Positions 23,171 through 34,900 of a stretch of 64,000 nucleotides of DNA are shown in pieces (the first letter of the stretch is position 1; the number at the start of each line of letters is the position of its first letter). Both the position numbers and the translations under genes were made by a program. Below the pieces are notes generated by a model that made no database searches, was not told the origin of the DNA, and worked only from the letters and a program-made list of their open reading frames with translations. This stretch comes from Antedon mediterranea (taxonomy: Eukaryota > Animalia > Echinodermata): positions 24,090,912 through 24,154,911 of the forward strand of contig NC_092675.1 in NCBI RefSeq assembly GCF_964355755.1, in the 5' to 3' direction.

Positions 23171-26100
23171 CTGGTTACTATAGCACAATTGACATGCGCA
23201 GAACCTATTATTCGTCTCTACGCATATTTATTATGCAATAGTAACCATTTATGTCAAAACTGGTTACTATAGCACAATTGACATGCGCAGAACCCATTTT
23301 TCGTCTCTGCGCATGTTTATTATGCTATAGTAATCTTTTATGTCAAAAACTGGTTACTATAGCACAATTGACATGCGCAGAACCTATTATTCGTCTCTGC
23401 GCATATTTATTATGCAATAGTAACCATTTATGGCAAAACTGGTTACTATAGCACAATTGACATGCGCAGAACCCATTATTCGTCTCTGCGCAAGTTTATT
23501 ATGCTATAGTAATCATTTATGTCAGAAACTGGTTACTATAGCACAATTGACATGCACAGAACCCATTATTCCTCTCTGCGCATATTTATTATGCAATATT
23601 AACCCTTTATGTCAAAAAATAAAAGGGTCGAAAATCGGCCATTTTTCGAAAAATTCCCTGTACTATAGTACAGGGATTTTTTCAAGAAATGGCCAATTTT
23701 CGACCTTTTTATTTTTCGATAAAACTGGTTACTATAGCACAATTAACATGCTTAGAACCCAGTAGTCGTCTCTGCGCATGTTTATTATGCTATAGTAACT
23801 ATTTATGTCAAAACTGGTTACTATAGCACAATAAACATGCGCAGAACCTATTATTCGTCTCTGCGCATGTTTATTATGCAATAGTAACCATTTATGTCAA
23901 AAAATAAAAAGTGTCGAAAATCGGCTATTTTTCGAAAATTTCCCTGTACTATAGTACAGGGATTTCTTTAAAAAATTACCAATTTTCGACCTTTTTATTT
24001 TTCAATAAAACTGGTTACTATAGCACAATAAACATGCGCAGAACACATTAGTCGACTCTGCGCATGTTTATTATGCTATAGAAACCATTTATGTCAAAAA
24101 CTGGTTACTATAGCACAATTGACATGCGCAGAACCTATTATTCGTCTCTGCGCATGTTTATTAGGCAATAGTAACCATTTATGTCAAAAAATAAAAGCGT
24201 CGAAAATCGGCCACTTTTCGAAAAATTCCCTGTACTATAGTACAGGGATTTTTTCAAGAAATGGCCAATTTTCGACCTTTTTATTTTTCGATAAAACTGG
24301 TTACTATAGCACAATTAAAATGCGTAGAACCCATTAGTCGACTCTGCGCATGTTTATTATGCTATAGTAACCATTTATGTCAAAAACTGGTTACTATAGC
24401 ACAATTGACATGCGCAGAACCTATTATTCGTCTCTGCGCATGTTTATTATGCAATAGTAACCATTTATGTCAAAAAATAAAAAGGGTCGAAAATCGGCTA
24501 TTTTTCGAAAATTTCTCTGTACTATAATACAGGGATTTTTTCAAAAAATGACCAATTTTCGACCTTTTTATTTTTCGATAAAACTGGTTACTATAGCACA
24601 ATTAAAATGCGCAGAACCCATTAGTCGACTATAGTAACTATTTATGTCAAAACTGGTTACTATAGCACAATAAACATGCGCAGAACCCATTAGTCGACTC
24701 TGCGCATGTTTATTATGCTATAGTAACTATTCATGTCAAAACTGGTTACTATAGCACAATAAACATGCGCAGAACCTATTATTAGTCTCTGCGCATGTTT
24801 ATTATGCAATAGTAACCATTTATGTCAAAAAATAAAAAGTGTCGAAAATCGGCTATTTTTCGAAAATTTCCCTGTACTTAGTACAGGGATTTCTTTAAAA
24901 AATTACCAATTTTCGACCTTTTTATTTTTCGATAAAAATGGTTACTATAGCACAATTAAAATGCGTAGAACCCATTAGTCGACTCTGCGCATGTTTATTA
25001 TGCTATAGTAACCATTTATGTCAAAAACTGGTTACTATAGCACAATTGACATGCGCAGAACCTATTATTCGTCTCTGCGCATGTTTATTATGCAATAGTA
25101 ACCATTTATGTCAAAAAATAAAAAGGGTCGAAAATCGGCTATTTTTCGAAAATTTCTCTGTACTATAATACAGGGATTTTTTCAAAAAATGACCAATTTT
25201 CGACCTTTTTATTTTTCGATAAAACTGGTTACTATAGCACAATTAAAATGCGCAGAACCCATTAGTCGACTATAGTAACTATTTATGTCAAAACTGGTTA
25301 CTATAGCACAATAAACATGCGCAGAACCTATTATTCGTCTCTGCGCATGTTTATTATGCAATAGTAACCATTTATGTCAAAAAATAAAAAGTGTCGAAAA
25401 TCGGCTATTTTTCGAAAATTTCCCTGTACTATAGTACAGGGATTTTTTCAAAAAATTACCAATTTTCGACCTTTTTATTTTTCAATAAAACTGGTTACTA
25501 TAGCACAATAAACATGCGCAGAACCCATTAGTCGACTCTGCGCATGTTTATTATGCTATAGTAACTATTTATGTCAAAACTGGTTACTATAGCACAATAA
25601 ACATGCGCAGAACCTATTATTAGTCTCTGCGCATGTTTATTATGCAATAGTAACCATTTATGTCAAAAAATAAAAAGTGTCGAAAATCGGCTATTTTTCG
25701 AAAATTTCCCTGTACTATAGTACAGGGATTTCTTTAAAAAATGACCATTTTTCGACCTTTTTATTTTTCGATAAAACTGGTTACTATAGCACAATTAACA
25801 TGCGCAGAACCCATTAGTTGACTCTGCGCATGTTTATTATGCAATAGTAACCATTTATGTCGAAAACTGGTTACTATAGCACAATTGACAATCGCAGAAC
25901 CCATTATTAGTCTCTGCGCATGTTTATTATGCAATAGTAACCATTTATGTCAAAAAATAAAAAGTGTCGAAAATCGGCTATTTTTCGAAAATTTCCCTGT
26001 ACTATAGTACAGGGATTTCTTTAAAAAATTACCAATTTTCGACCTTTTTATTTTTCAATAAAACTGGTTACTATAGCACAATAAACATGCGCAGAACACA

Positions 26101-27105
26101 TTAGTCGACTCTGCGCATGTTTATTATGCTATAGAAACCATTTATGTCAAAAACTGGTTACTATAGCACAATTGACATGCGCAGAACCTATTATTCGTCT
26201 CTGCGCATGTTTATTATGCAATAGTAACCATTTATGTCAAAAAATAAAAGCGTCGAAAATCGGACATTTTTCGAAAAATTCCCTGTACTATAGTACAGGG
26301 ATTTTTTCAAGAAATGGCCAATTTTCGACCTTTTTATTTTTCGATAAAACTGGTTACTATAGCACAATTAAAATGCGTAGAACCCATTAGTCGACTCTGC
26401 GCATGTTTATTATGCTATAGTAACCATTTATGTCAAAACTGGTTACTATAGCACAATAAACATGCGCAGAACCTATTATTCGTCTCTGCGCATGTTTATT
26501 ATGCAATAGTAACCATTTATGTCAAAAAATAAAAGGGTCGAAAATTGGCTTTTTTTTTCGAAAATTTCCCCGTAGGCTTACTATAGTGCTACAGGGATTT
26601 TTTCAAGAAATGGCCAATTTTCGACCTTTTTATTTTTCGATAAAACTGGTTACTATAGCACAATTAAAATGCGCAGAACCCATTAGTCGACTCTGCGCAT
26701 GTTTATTATGCTATAGTAACTATTTATGTCAAAACTGGTTACTATAGCACAATAAACATGCGCAGAACCTATTATTAGTCTCTGCGCATGTTTATTATGC
26801 AATAGTAACCATTTATGTCAAAAAATAAAAAGTGTCGAAAATCGGCTATTTTTCGAAAATTTCCCTGTACTATAGTAAAGGGATTTCTTAAAAAAATGAC
26901 CATTTTTCGACCTTTTTATTTTTAGATAAAACTGGTTACTATAGCACAATTAACATGCGCAGAACCCATTAGTCGACTCTGCGCATGTTTATTATGCTAT
27001 AGTAACCATTTATGTCGAAAACTGGTTACTATAGCACAATTGACATTCGCAGAACCCATTATTCGTCTCTGCGCATGTTTATTATGCAATAGTAACCATT
27101 TATGT
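23171..27105. repeat. Higher-order tandem array of two palindromic units: ~30 x 89-90 bp unit A and 12 x ~108 bp unit B, mostly as A-A-B (~286 bp)
   Basis: A = TGGTTACTATAGCACAATAAACATGCGCAGA - 14 nt loop - TCTGCGCATGTTTATTATGCTATAGTAACCA. B = imperfect palindrome centred on CCCTGTACTATAGTACAGGG, with centres starting near 23656, 23942, 24228, 24515, 24870, 25156, 25422, 25708, 25995, 26281, 26568 and 26863. Confidence 0.97.
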
Positions 27106-27126
27106 AAGTATAAGTTTCCGAGGTGG

Positions 27127-27611
27127 ATTTGACTCACTGAAAATGATTTTAAAACACGATACAGAAATCACACCTCATCATTCCGTCATACACGTTCTAG
27201 AAACTCAACCGAACTCAGTAAACATATTTGGACACTCAAGGACAACAACACAGACTATTCAATCTCATGGCGCATCTTGGCATCTACTAAAGCATATAGT
27301 AGCGCAAACAAAGAATGCAACCTCTGCCTCAAAGAGAAATTATTTATCATCCGCCACCCTGAATTATCGACATTAAACAAACGTAACAAGCCTGTGTCCG
27401 CCTGCCGGCACAGAAGGAAAGCATTGTTACATAACAGCTGACATTCCAAAACATATCACCTGTAAATTCTAATTCTACAAGTAAATGTGCTTATAAGCAA
27501 CGTTGTAATTGATTGTTCTCATTATAGTCTCCTGATGAGTGAGTTGCACGACTCACGAAACAAGCCTGTAGAGACCAAACTGTAGTTTTTACTTCTTTTC
27601 CAGACTTAACG
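27127..27611 (+). mobile_element. 5'-truncated Penelope-like retroelement: C-terminal half of GIY-YIG endonuclease plus pLTR, ending in (TA)n
   Basis: Frame not shown in the ORF track, 27133-27441: LTENDFKTRYRNHTSSFRH...TELSKHIWTLK...ISWRIL...CNLCLKEKLFII...LNKR...CRHRRK*, preceded by I* where the YIG motif would be. A hammerhead follows at 27527 and (TA)n at 27612. Confidence 0.85.
27527..27575 (+). ncRNA. Minimal type I hammerhead ribozyme (HHR1)
   Basis: Stem I GTCTC/GAGAC; core CTGATGA; stem II GTGAGT-tgcacg-ACTCAC; GAAA; short stem III C-aagcct-G; GUA cleavage triplet 27568-27570. Confidence 0.88.
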
Positions 27612-27715
27612 TATATATATATATATAAATCTAAAACAATAGGCTGTATACGACTTCCTGATGACCCACTTCTATTAAGCACTATGAGACAACTGTGTCA
27701 CTTATGTTTTATATT

Positions 27716-27771
27716 TCACCTGAAGAGTGCGGCCAGCTACATGCTGGTCGTATGAAACAAATTTGTAGTGA
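27716..27771 (+). ncRNA. Minimal type I hammerhead ribozyme (HHR2)
   Basis: Stem I TCAC/GTGA; core CTGAAGA; 11-bp stem II GTGCGGCCAGC-tacat-GCTGGTCGTAT (with G-U pairs); GAAA; palindromic CAAATTTG stem/loop III; GUA triplet 27765-27767; followed by (TTTA)n(TA)n. Confidence 0.82.
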
Positions 27772-27811
27772 TTAAAACAATGAAGTAACCAAGTTTTCTG
27801 CTGTTATTTTA

Positions 27812-27846
<35 letters not shown>

Positions 27847-28060
27847 TTAATGTACATATCAATTTTATACTGCATATTAAAATAAATAATAGATAAATAA
27901 TATCCAAATTTAACAGCATATTTCCTCAATATAATACAACATTTACTAACCTTTTAATTTTACTATGTACTGATTACTTAAATACAGGAGCAACACTTTA
28001 CGTTATATTGACCAACTGAATCCTTATAGAAATAGAAATTGTTTAAAAATCTAAAGAACA

Positions 28061-28357
28061 ACACAACAGGCAAAGAACATTAATTCTAAACCGCCCGGTG
28101 ATATACTGGAATTTAATTAATTAATTTGAAATGATAAAAGTGTTATAGAGTCGTTATCCAATCGAGTTTGAACAATACCATGAAAGCCCCAGTGGTCTAA
28201 TGGTTAGGACATCTGCATATCAAGCAGAAGGTTCCGAGTTCGAATCTCAACTTGTTCTCATTCTCACAGATTTCCTCATCTTATCGTTTCAAATGAATTA
28301 ATTAAATTTCAGTGTAAAAACAGACAGTTTAGAAATAATTTTGTGCCTGTTATGTGT
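28061..28357 (+). mobile_element. MITE with ~80-bp imperfect TIRs enclosing a tRNA-like Pol III cassette (28186-28248)
   Basis: Arm 28061-28140 is inverted against 28278-28357. Inside are an A box TGGTCTAATGG, a stem TCTGC/GCAGA and a B box GAGTTCGAATC. The left arm recurs at 59690-59768. Confidence 0.65.
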
Positions 28358-28979
28358 AAAGACAAAGATAAGAATTACAAAAATGAGAATATTTCCCCAA
28401 CCTAGCATAATGCTTGTTTGATAAACCACATGTCTATATACAACCATGGTTTACTGTATACACACATTTTAATGTTTTCCCCATGAAGTATCACCTGCTT
28501 ATTTGTGAATACGATAAATATTAAATATATTATACACACTAAAAGGCTCTCAAGAAAACGATAATACTGCAATATTTTTTTCCTTAAACTAAATGTTATT
28601 ATGTCGACACTATAAAACAAAAAGTACAGTAATACATACATATATTTATAATATCATTTACAACATTGCCTTCAAATTGGGTTGAATAAGGCATTAATTT
28701 ATCTGTTACAATATGAATTTTGTGTATAATTTGGTAAATCACTCATAGACTATTAATTATGTCACGTTAACATTTTTTTAAGCATTTGGCTGTTTTAGGT
28801 TAGGTTTACATACAAAATTAGCATGATTATCAACAATTTCTATGTAAGATTTACCAGATCAGCTTTAAAATACAACTTTTTCTAAATTGTACTATAAGCT
28901 CATTTTTACAGGACAAACAGAACCATAGGATACATAGTAAAACAATGTCACATTTTAGTTTTGCAATTTGTTCGATTTT

Positions 28980-31900
28980 TTAGTACCCACTTGGCTGAAG
29001 CCATAGACTTAGATCTTCACTTTTTCCAGTCGGTGGTCTTGAATATATAAAAAAAAAAAGATATTACTTAGTTGTGAATATATTGTGCCAGTTATGTGGT
29101 ACATAATCATTAATCTGAGCAGCTGCACTGACAAGATATATTTCAATCAAATCTATTAAGATCGAAACAGTATTGTCTGCAGATTGGACAACAATTTTGA
29201 ATTGTGCACTCAATATTCAAAAGCAAGCACTGAAATACAGTACTTCTCATGAAAAGACCTGCAGTGCATTAAAATGTTCAAGTTTTAATCATGGAGAGAA
29301 TAAATATATCTCCATGTCATTAAGTGTCATTGACTTTTATTTCTATTTGCATAATCATTTTGTAGAAAGGAAAAAAAGAAATTAACATAAATCTCTAAAA
29401 TGTCATTTTTATTATTCTTATTTTGTATTATTGTAAATCTTCTATAAAATAAATCATTATTAGGACTACTATTAGTATGGTATCAGCAAATCATCTGGAC
29501 GTTTGCAGTCAATTAGCAGTGTTCTGTTCTGTTCTGCTCGACAATCAGAAAAACTGGAAGTGTGCAAACTATAAATTTGTTGGAATTGGATAACACAAAC
29601 TTACAGATAAATCAACAAGTATGCAACTTTTAAAATGAATATAGTAAATATTGTACCTACCTGTCACTTGATCCTTTTGACATAAACTTCTGTAATACAT
29701 CATCTGGGTCTTCATTTGACATGTCACCTGAAACAAATACATGCACAATAATATGCCAAATATCCTAGTGCAAGTCTGAAATGATCTAAATGTAATATAT
29801 AATTACTGTGGTACTCTGTTATCACATCGATCAAACTTGTTTCTGAATGTAGTAGTATTTTTCTGTTCATTATCATTTTACTAATTTTAGATGAATCTTT
29901 ACCTAATTTAAATCACTTGAGTAGCTACAGAAAACTTGGAATCAATTCTTGTAAGGGCGTGTGGCGCAGTGTGTTAGATGTTCGACTACTGATCGTGAGA
30001 TCGAGGTTCAAATCCTACTCTCACCGCGTTGCTAGTATCCTTAGGCAAAGATACTTTACTTACGTTTGCCTCTCCCCATCCAGGTGTATAAATGGGAACC
30101 GAGTTAGATCAAAACACAACTTTGCGCTGATTACTAGCTGCATTATGTATGTTTATATACGTGTTTGATCAGAAAAAAATGACTGGGGTAATAATGTTCA
30201 GCGCTTAGAGGTTTCACAACATTAGGTGCTATATCAATCTAGAATATTATATTATTATTATTCTGAACCACTTTTAGGAATGTTGGCCAAATTGTGACAT
30301 TTTGTGGTCACCAACTGAAAACTATATAATTTTTATATAATAATAAATATATTACATTTTAATTTGGTTTTTAAACAATAGAATATCAAAATTGGGCTAA
30401 TCATTTTTAATTTTGGAGGTCAGTCTTTGACAGACAGCAATTTCTGGTTGCTTTTGTATAATCTATATTTTTTATGGTTAGCTGGATCATTTTAGTTACA
30501 CAGCAATGTAGTTTGAATAAGTTGTCCTAAGTCATACATTTTTACATGTTGTATTGTATGTTATGTCGATATGCTGGTTAAAATGAAACAAAATTAAAAA
30601 AACAAGTGGTTGAAATGTCTTACTCTCTATCGCTGCTAAAGCAGCTATTCTTTCCTTATTTTTCCTCTCCATAACTTCTAAAACGTCTTCATTAATACTT
30701 CCAATATCGCCATAAAGATCTCTGGTCTGTTGTTTTAAAATAAAAAGATTAACATAAATTACAGTAGAGAACACATTGGGACCAACAGAGAAGGCCACTG
30801 AATAGGGGTTGTGGTGGAGGTGTTATATTTATTTTATTTTATTTCAACCACATTCAACCGCGAAAAATCGCCAATTACAGGATGCCTTAAAACTCTTTAG
30901 ATATAAATATAGAATTAAAAGCACATAAAAATACAAAACATGAAACATACAAAATGGCAAACAAAAAAATATCGATAGTCTTATCCTTAACAGAAATTGA
31001 ATTAAAAAGCTTGGATAATCCCATTTTTGGTTACGTTGAACCCGACAATGGGCAAGGGAAAATAAGTCGGTATTGCGAGAGTTTGCTCGATTAATTTTGA
31101 GAGAAAAAAAGACAGAAAAGTTTCTCCTTAATAGGGGTGTCACAAATTGTTCTACTGTATACTGTATTACCAAATTATGTGATGAATTTTGGTTGACTTT
31201 TTCAAACTGAACCATTTAATAGATGCCAATCATAAAAATTCAATAAAAACTATATGAAACAAATTATATGAATAGACAATTGAGAGTTTTCGGATGTTTT
31301 TCAGCAATAATGCTTTGTTTGCAGCGACTACATTGTTAAAGTTAAAACCTACTACTTCAGGAATTGTGAACTCACCCGAGCCGACCCTGGTAAAGACCTC
31401 TCATCGGGTGGTATCTTAGATTCTCCTGAATCAAGTCCAATGAATGCACTTGAAGACTCGAGGGCTATCAGAGGAGATTCATTTCGCTAAAAAAAAAAAA
31501 GAATATTAGAAAAATAATATTTAGACTCTAAAATAAAACACTGCTCATCTATTGATACTACTCAATCACTATAATTTGCAAACAAATTTGAACAAGTTCA
31601 AACAAGACTATAAAAAATAAAGCATTTAATGAAAACAATGTTCATTTTATATCACAATATGCAAAATTCTGTCAACAGAATCACAAAAAATAGCGTTATT
31701 ATTGGTAAAAAATAAAGCATTGATGGTGACAGCCAATTTAGATTAGAAGGTGGAATTTACAAGTTTACAAGTCATTTCTTTATTTAAATTGTATTCAAGG
31801 ACTGTTTTAGAAAGCACTGATATTACATGGCCATATTATTATGGCAGAGCAGGGCATAGCAATTTAAATCAGCAAATCTGATGGATTTGTTCTAACAATA

Positions 31901-34900
31901 TTACAAGTTTCATGGGTTGGATGAATTTAAAGGTTGATTTGATTGTATTATGCTATCCATCTGTTTGATTTATTTTTTGTACACTATCAAAGCAGGCTCG
32001 GTTTTGGTGTTTGCAATAAAAATTAGTTTGCACAGCATTAGTGTTAGATTACATAGTATGTTTTGCTTGCCTCTTTGTTTACATCATCCACAGGCTGATT
32101 ATATGAAGCAAAAGATTAATAAAATATATAAATAAAAAGAATTACATGTATTCAAAGAAAAGATGATGGTAAAGGAGTGAATTAATAAATGAAGATCAAA
32201 CGAGAGAATACTTATTATCTGTGAAATGAATAAACTGACAAGTTGCTAGGTGTTTGAATTTACAGTTACATTGATACAATTTGATAAATAATATACTACA
32301 AGAATGAAGAGATTTATACATATCGGTTGAAAACATTACGGAAATTCGATTTTGGTGAGTGTCGTAGAACAGTATCAAACCTTATTTTAATATACTACAA
32401 CTTACCCTTCCAATATTATGCAGATTAATTGTTGTATCATATGCAGAGGGCCGATAAGCTGCAAACAAAAAGTGATTCATAATTTGTGAAGTAAACAATG
32501 TAATAAATAACTCTTTTGTAATCATAGTACAGTAGTTTTAAAACAGTAGTTGAGTAGATTTAGGTAATATTAACATTTAGAGGATGGTAATTGGTTTGAT
32601 TGTTTGCTTGACAGAATTATAATGTGAAAGGGGCTTACGGTAACCTCCTAATACTATAAATACTTACCTTTTCTCATGTTGTCTAACTTCTCTTCTTGTT
32701 GCCTTAAGAGTGCTCTCTGTTGAGCTTCAAGGGCAATATCTGTAGTTGGTTTGTCAGGGTATTGTTCTCTCATCTTTTGTCTTGATTGAGAACCTTTAAT
32801 AAAAATAATATATCAACATACACAAAACATATACATTGGTGTTTTTTTCAATATGATATTAATTAATGGCATGGATTAATAAAATAATAATAATGCTTGT
32901 CTTATAGAATGCCTAATAGTAATACACATAAAACAAAGAAAGAAGCCATGATATATGTTAAAGAAAGACATCCAGATGAAATGAGTCAACAATATTATGG
33001 TGATAGGTTAGATTTGTATGTGATCGGTGTGTAGTCTAAGACCCTCATAGCCACCCATAGCTCAATCACATTTGCATGGTCTTATTCTGTGTCATAAGTG
33101 CTAAAATGCATCACAATATGATGCACACTTTAATACTGTATTATGACATTTTATTTTCTCAATAATTTTACACCCCAACCCATCTTGCAAGAAGGTGGTC
33201 TGATGTCTGAATAACATAGGATTATTGAGGCAAGTTTAAATTAGCATTGTTTTTTTTGTCTATACTTGCTTTTACAAATTGTATAAATCTAAATAAACAA
33301 ATAATACAGTACTCAGTAGAATTTTATTTTTATTTTATTTATTTTTTATTTATTCAATTTCTGCCATATACATAACAAAAAAGACAAAACAATTATAAAA
33401 GGAGGCACGGAAAGACCAAACAGGTGCTAAACACCTATGCTAGTTGGTCAACCCAGAACAGAGAAAAATAAATAAATTACGTTCCACAAGTGTATTAAAA
33501 CACAAATCTAACCTCTATCTTTGAGATTATTAAATTCCTGTGCTGCTGCATGGTTTGTTAGCTCACGTCGAACGGTAACTGGTTTTGGTTTCTTTTTTTT
33601 ATCAAGGTCAAGAACGTTGACTTGTGGGCTGGCACGACGACTTCCATGAGAACTGGGAACATGGGTGTAAGGGTCATACTGAAAATAATGAGACAAAAGT
33701 AATTAAATAAAAAATATTTGTAATAATAATTGTTATTATTAATAATTAACAACATTACGAACATTACCAACGGACACATGTTTTAATAGCACTAACCAAA
33801 AACTTTTCTACTCTTATCCCATAAAGCACACAAAAGATACTCACTCCATTTGATCAGGGAAGCTTCTTTCAATTTTTAGCCATTTGGCAATGTAAGTACA
33901 GCAATTTTTTTACAAAACAATTGTATATAAACAAATTTCTTTGCAACTACTGAATGCAATGTTCGATAATTCTCTCTATATTGTTACACAATCAGGTAGA
34001 TGCATCCATATTGAACAGAGAAAACCACTAGCCGTGTTTATATTTTATATATCTTTTTCCTATTTTTAATTTAAACACACATGAAACAAACATTACAATG
34101 AAATGCATATTAAATTGTAGTCAATTTATAATAACATATACTGTACTTCTCTTTCAAGGGCCTGTTGAACTCGCCTCTGCTCACTCTGAAGCTGTTTACG
34201 CATTGTTGACAGAGCACTCATAACGTTGCGTTCCTTATCTCCTGCACGTTCTTTAGTTGTCACTGCTGGCACTGGAGGTGACCGTCGACCATTAGGCTGA
34301 GATAAAAATATAATAAGTTTGAAAGTACAGAAAATCCACAGAACAGAAAGTTCATTAACATGTCTAATATGAAACACAAATATCTATTACTTTAATTTGA
34401 ATAATGAAAAAAACTGATCACACATGACGATGTTGTTATGTCACTGAAAACTAAGAAAATAACATTAGTTAAAAGATAATTTAATCTTCAAGAATATACT
34501 ATAAATTCTAGAAAATATATCTAAAAAAAGTGAATGTTTTGCATAATTTGTTAAAATATCTACAGTATTTAGTGAAAGAGTAAAAAAGCTGATGCGCTTG
34601 ATTAAGCACGACGCACACTAGAGTTTTTGGCTGAGCCAACTGGCACGAGTAACACTTGGCTCACTGACTTGATAATTACTTACTACGCTACACAGCACGC
34701 GCTGATACATTATAATAAATCTGAACATATCATGCGCAGTGGAACTTTTTAGTGAACTACCTGCTCACGTTCGGCGCACACTGTGAGGAAAATGTCATGC
34801 ATGGCAAAACATATTAAACACGATAGATATTTTCCTCATCGGCATGTGTGGCCGATTCCTCACGAATTCCCCGGTGCACACTGTGAGCCACGTGTTACTC

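Noticed and set aside
23090-26390. ORFs with repeated LVTIAQLTCAEPIIRLCACLLC peptides
   Set aside because: Translations of the satellite; 89/90-bp units shift frame and no splice structure supports them.
23171-27105. CRISPR-like array (palindromic repeats at regular spacing)
   Set aside because: Loops are near-identical rather than unique spacers, no cas genes are present, and the context is a spliced eukaryotic genome.
27143-27449. ORF-track ORFs 27143..27376 (+) and 27255..27449 (-)
   Set aside because: Wrong frames; the meaningful frame is the ATG-less GIY-YIG remnant at 27133-27441.
27658-27700. Third hammerhead candidate (CTGATGA...GAGAC...GTC)
   Set aside because: GAAA is replaced by GAGA and stems I and II do not pair convincingly; at most a decayed relic.
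28186-28248. Functional tRNA gene (also 56025-56092, 29954 and 35318 heads)
   Set aside because: Acceptor stems are incomplete and the units are embedded in repeats; treated as tRNA-derived sequence.
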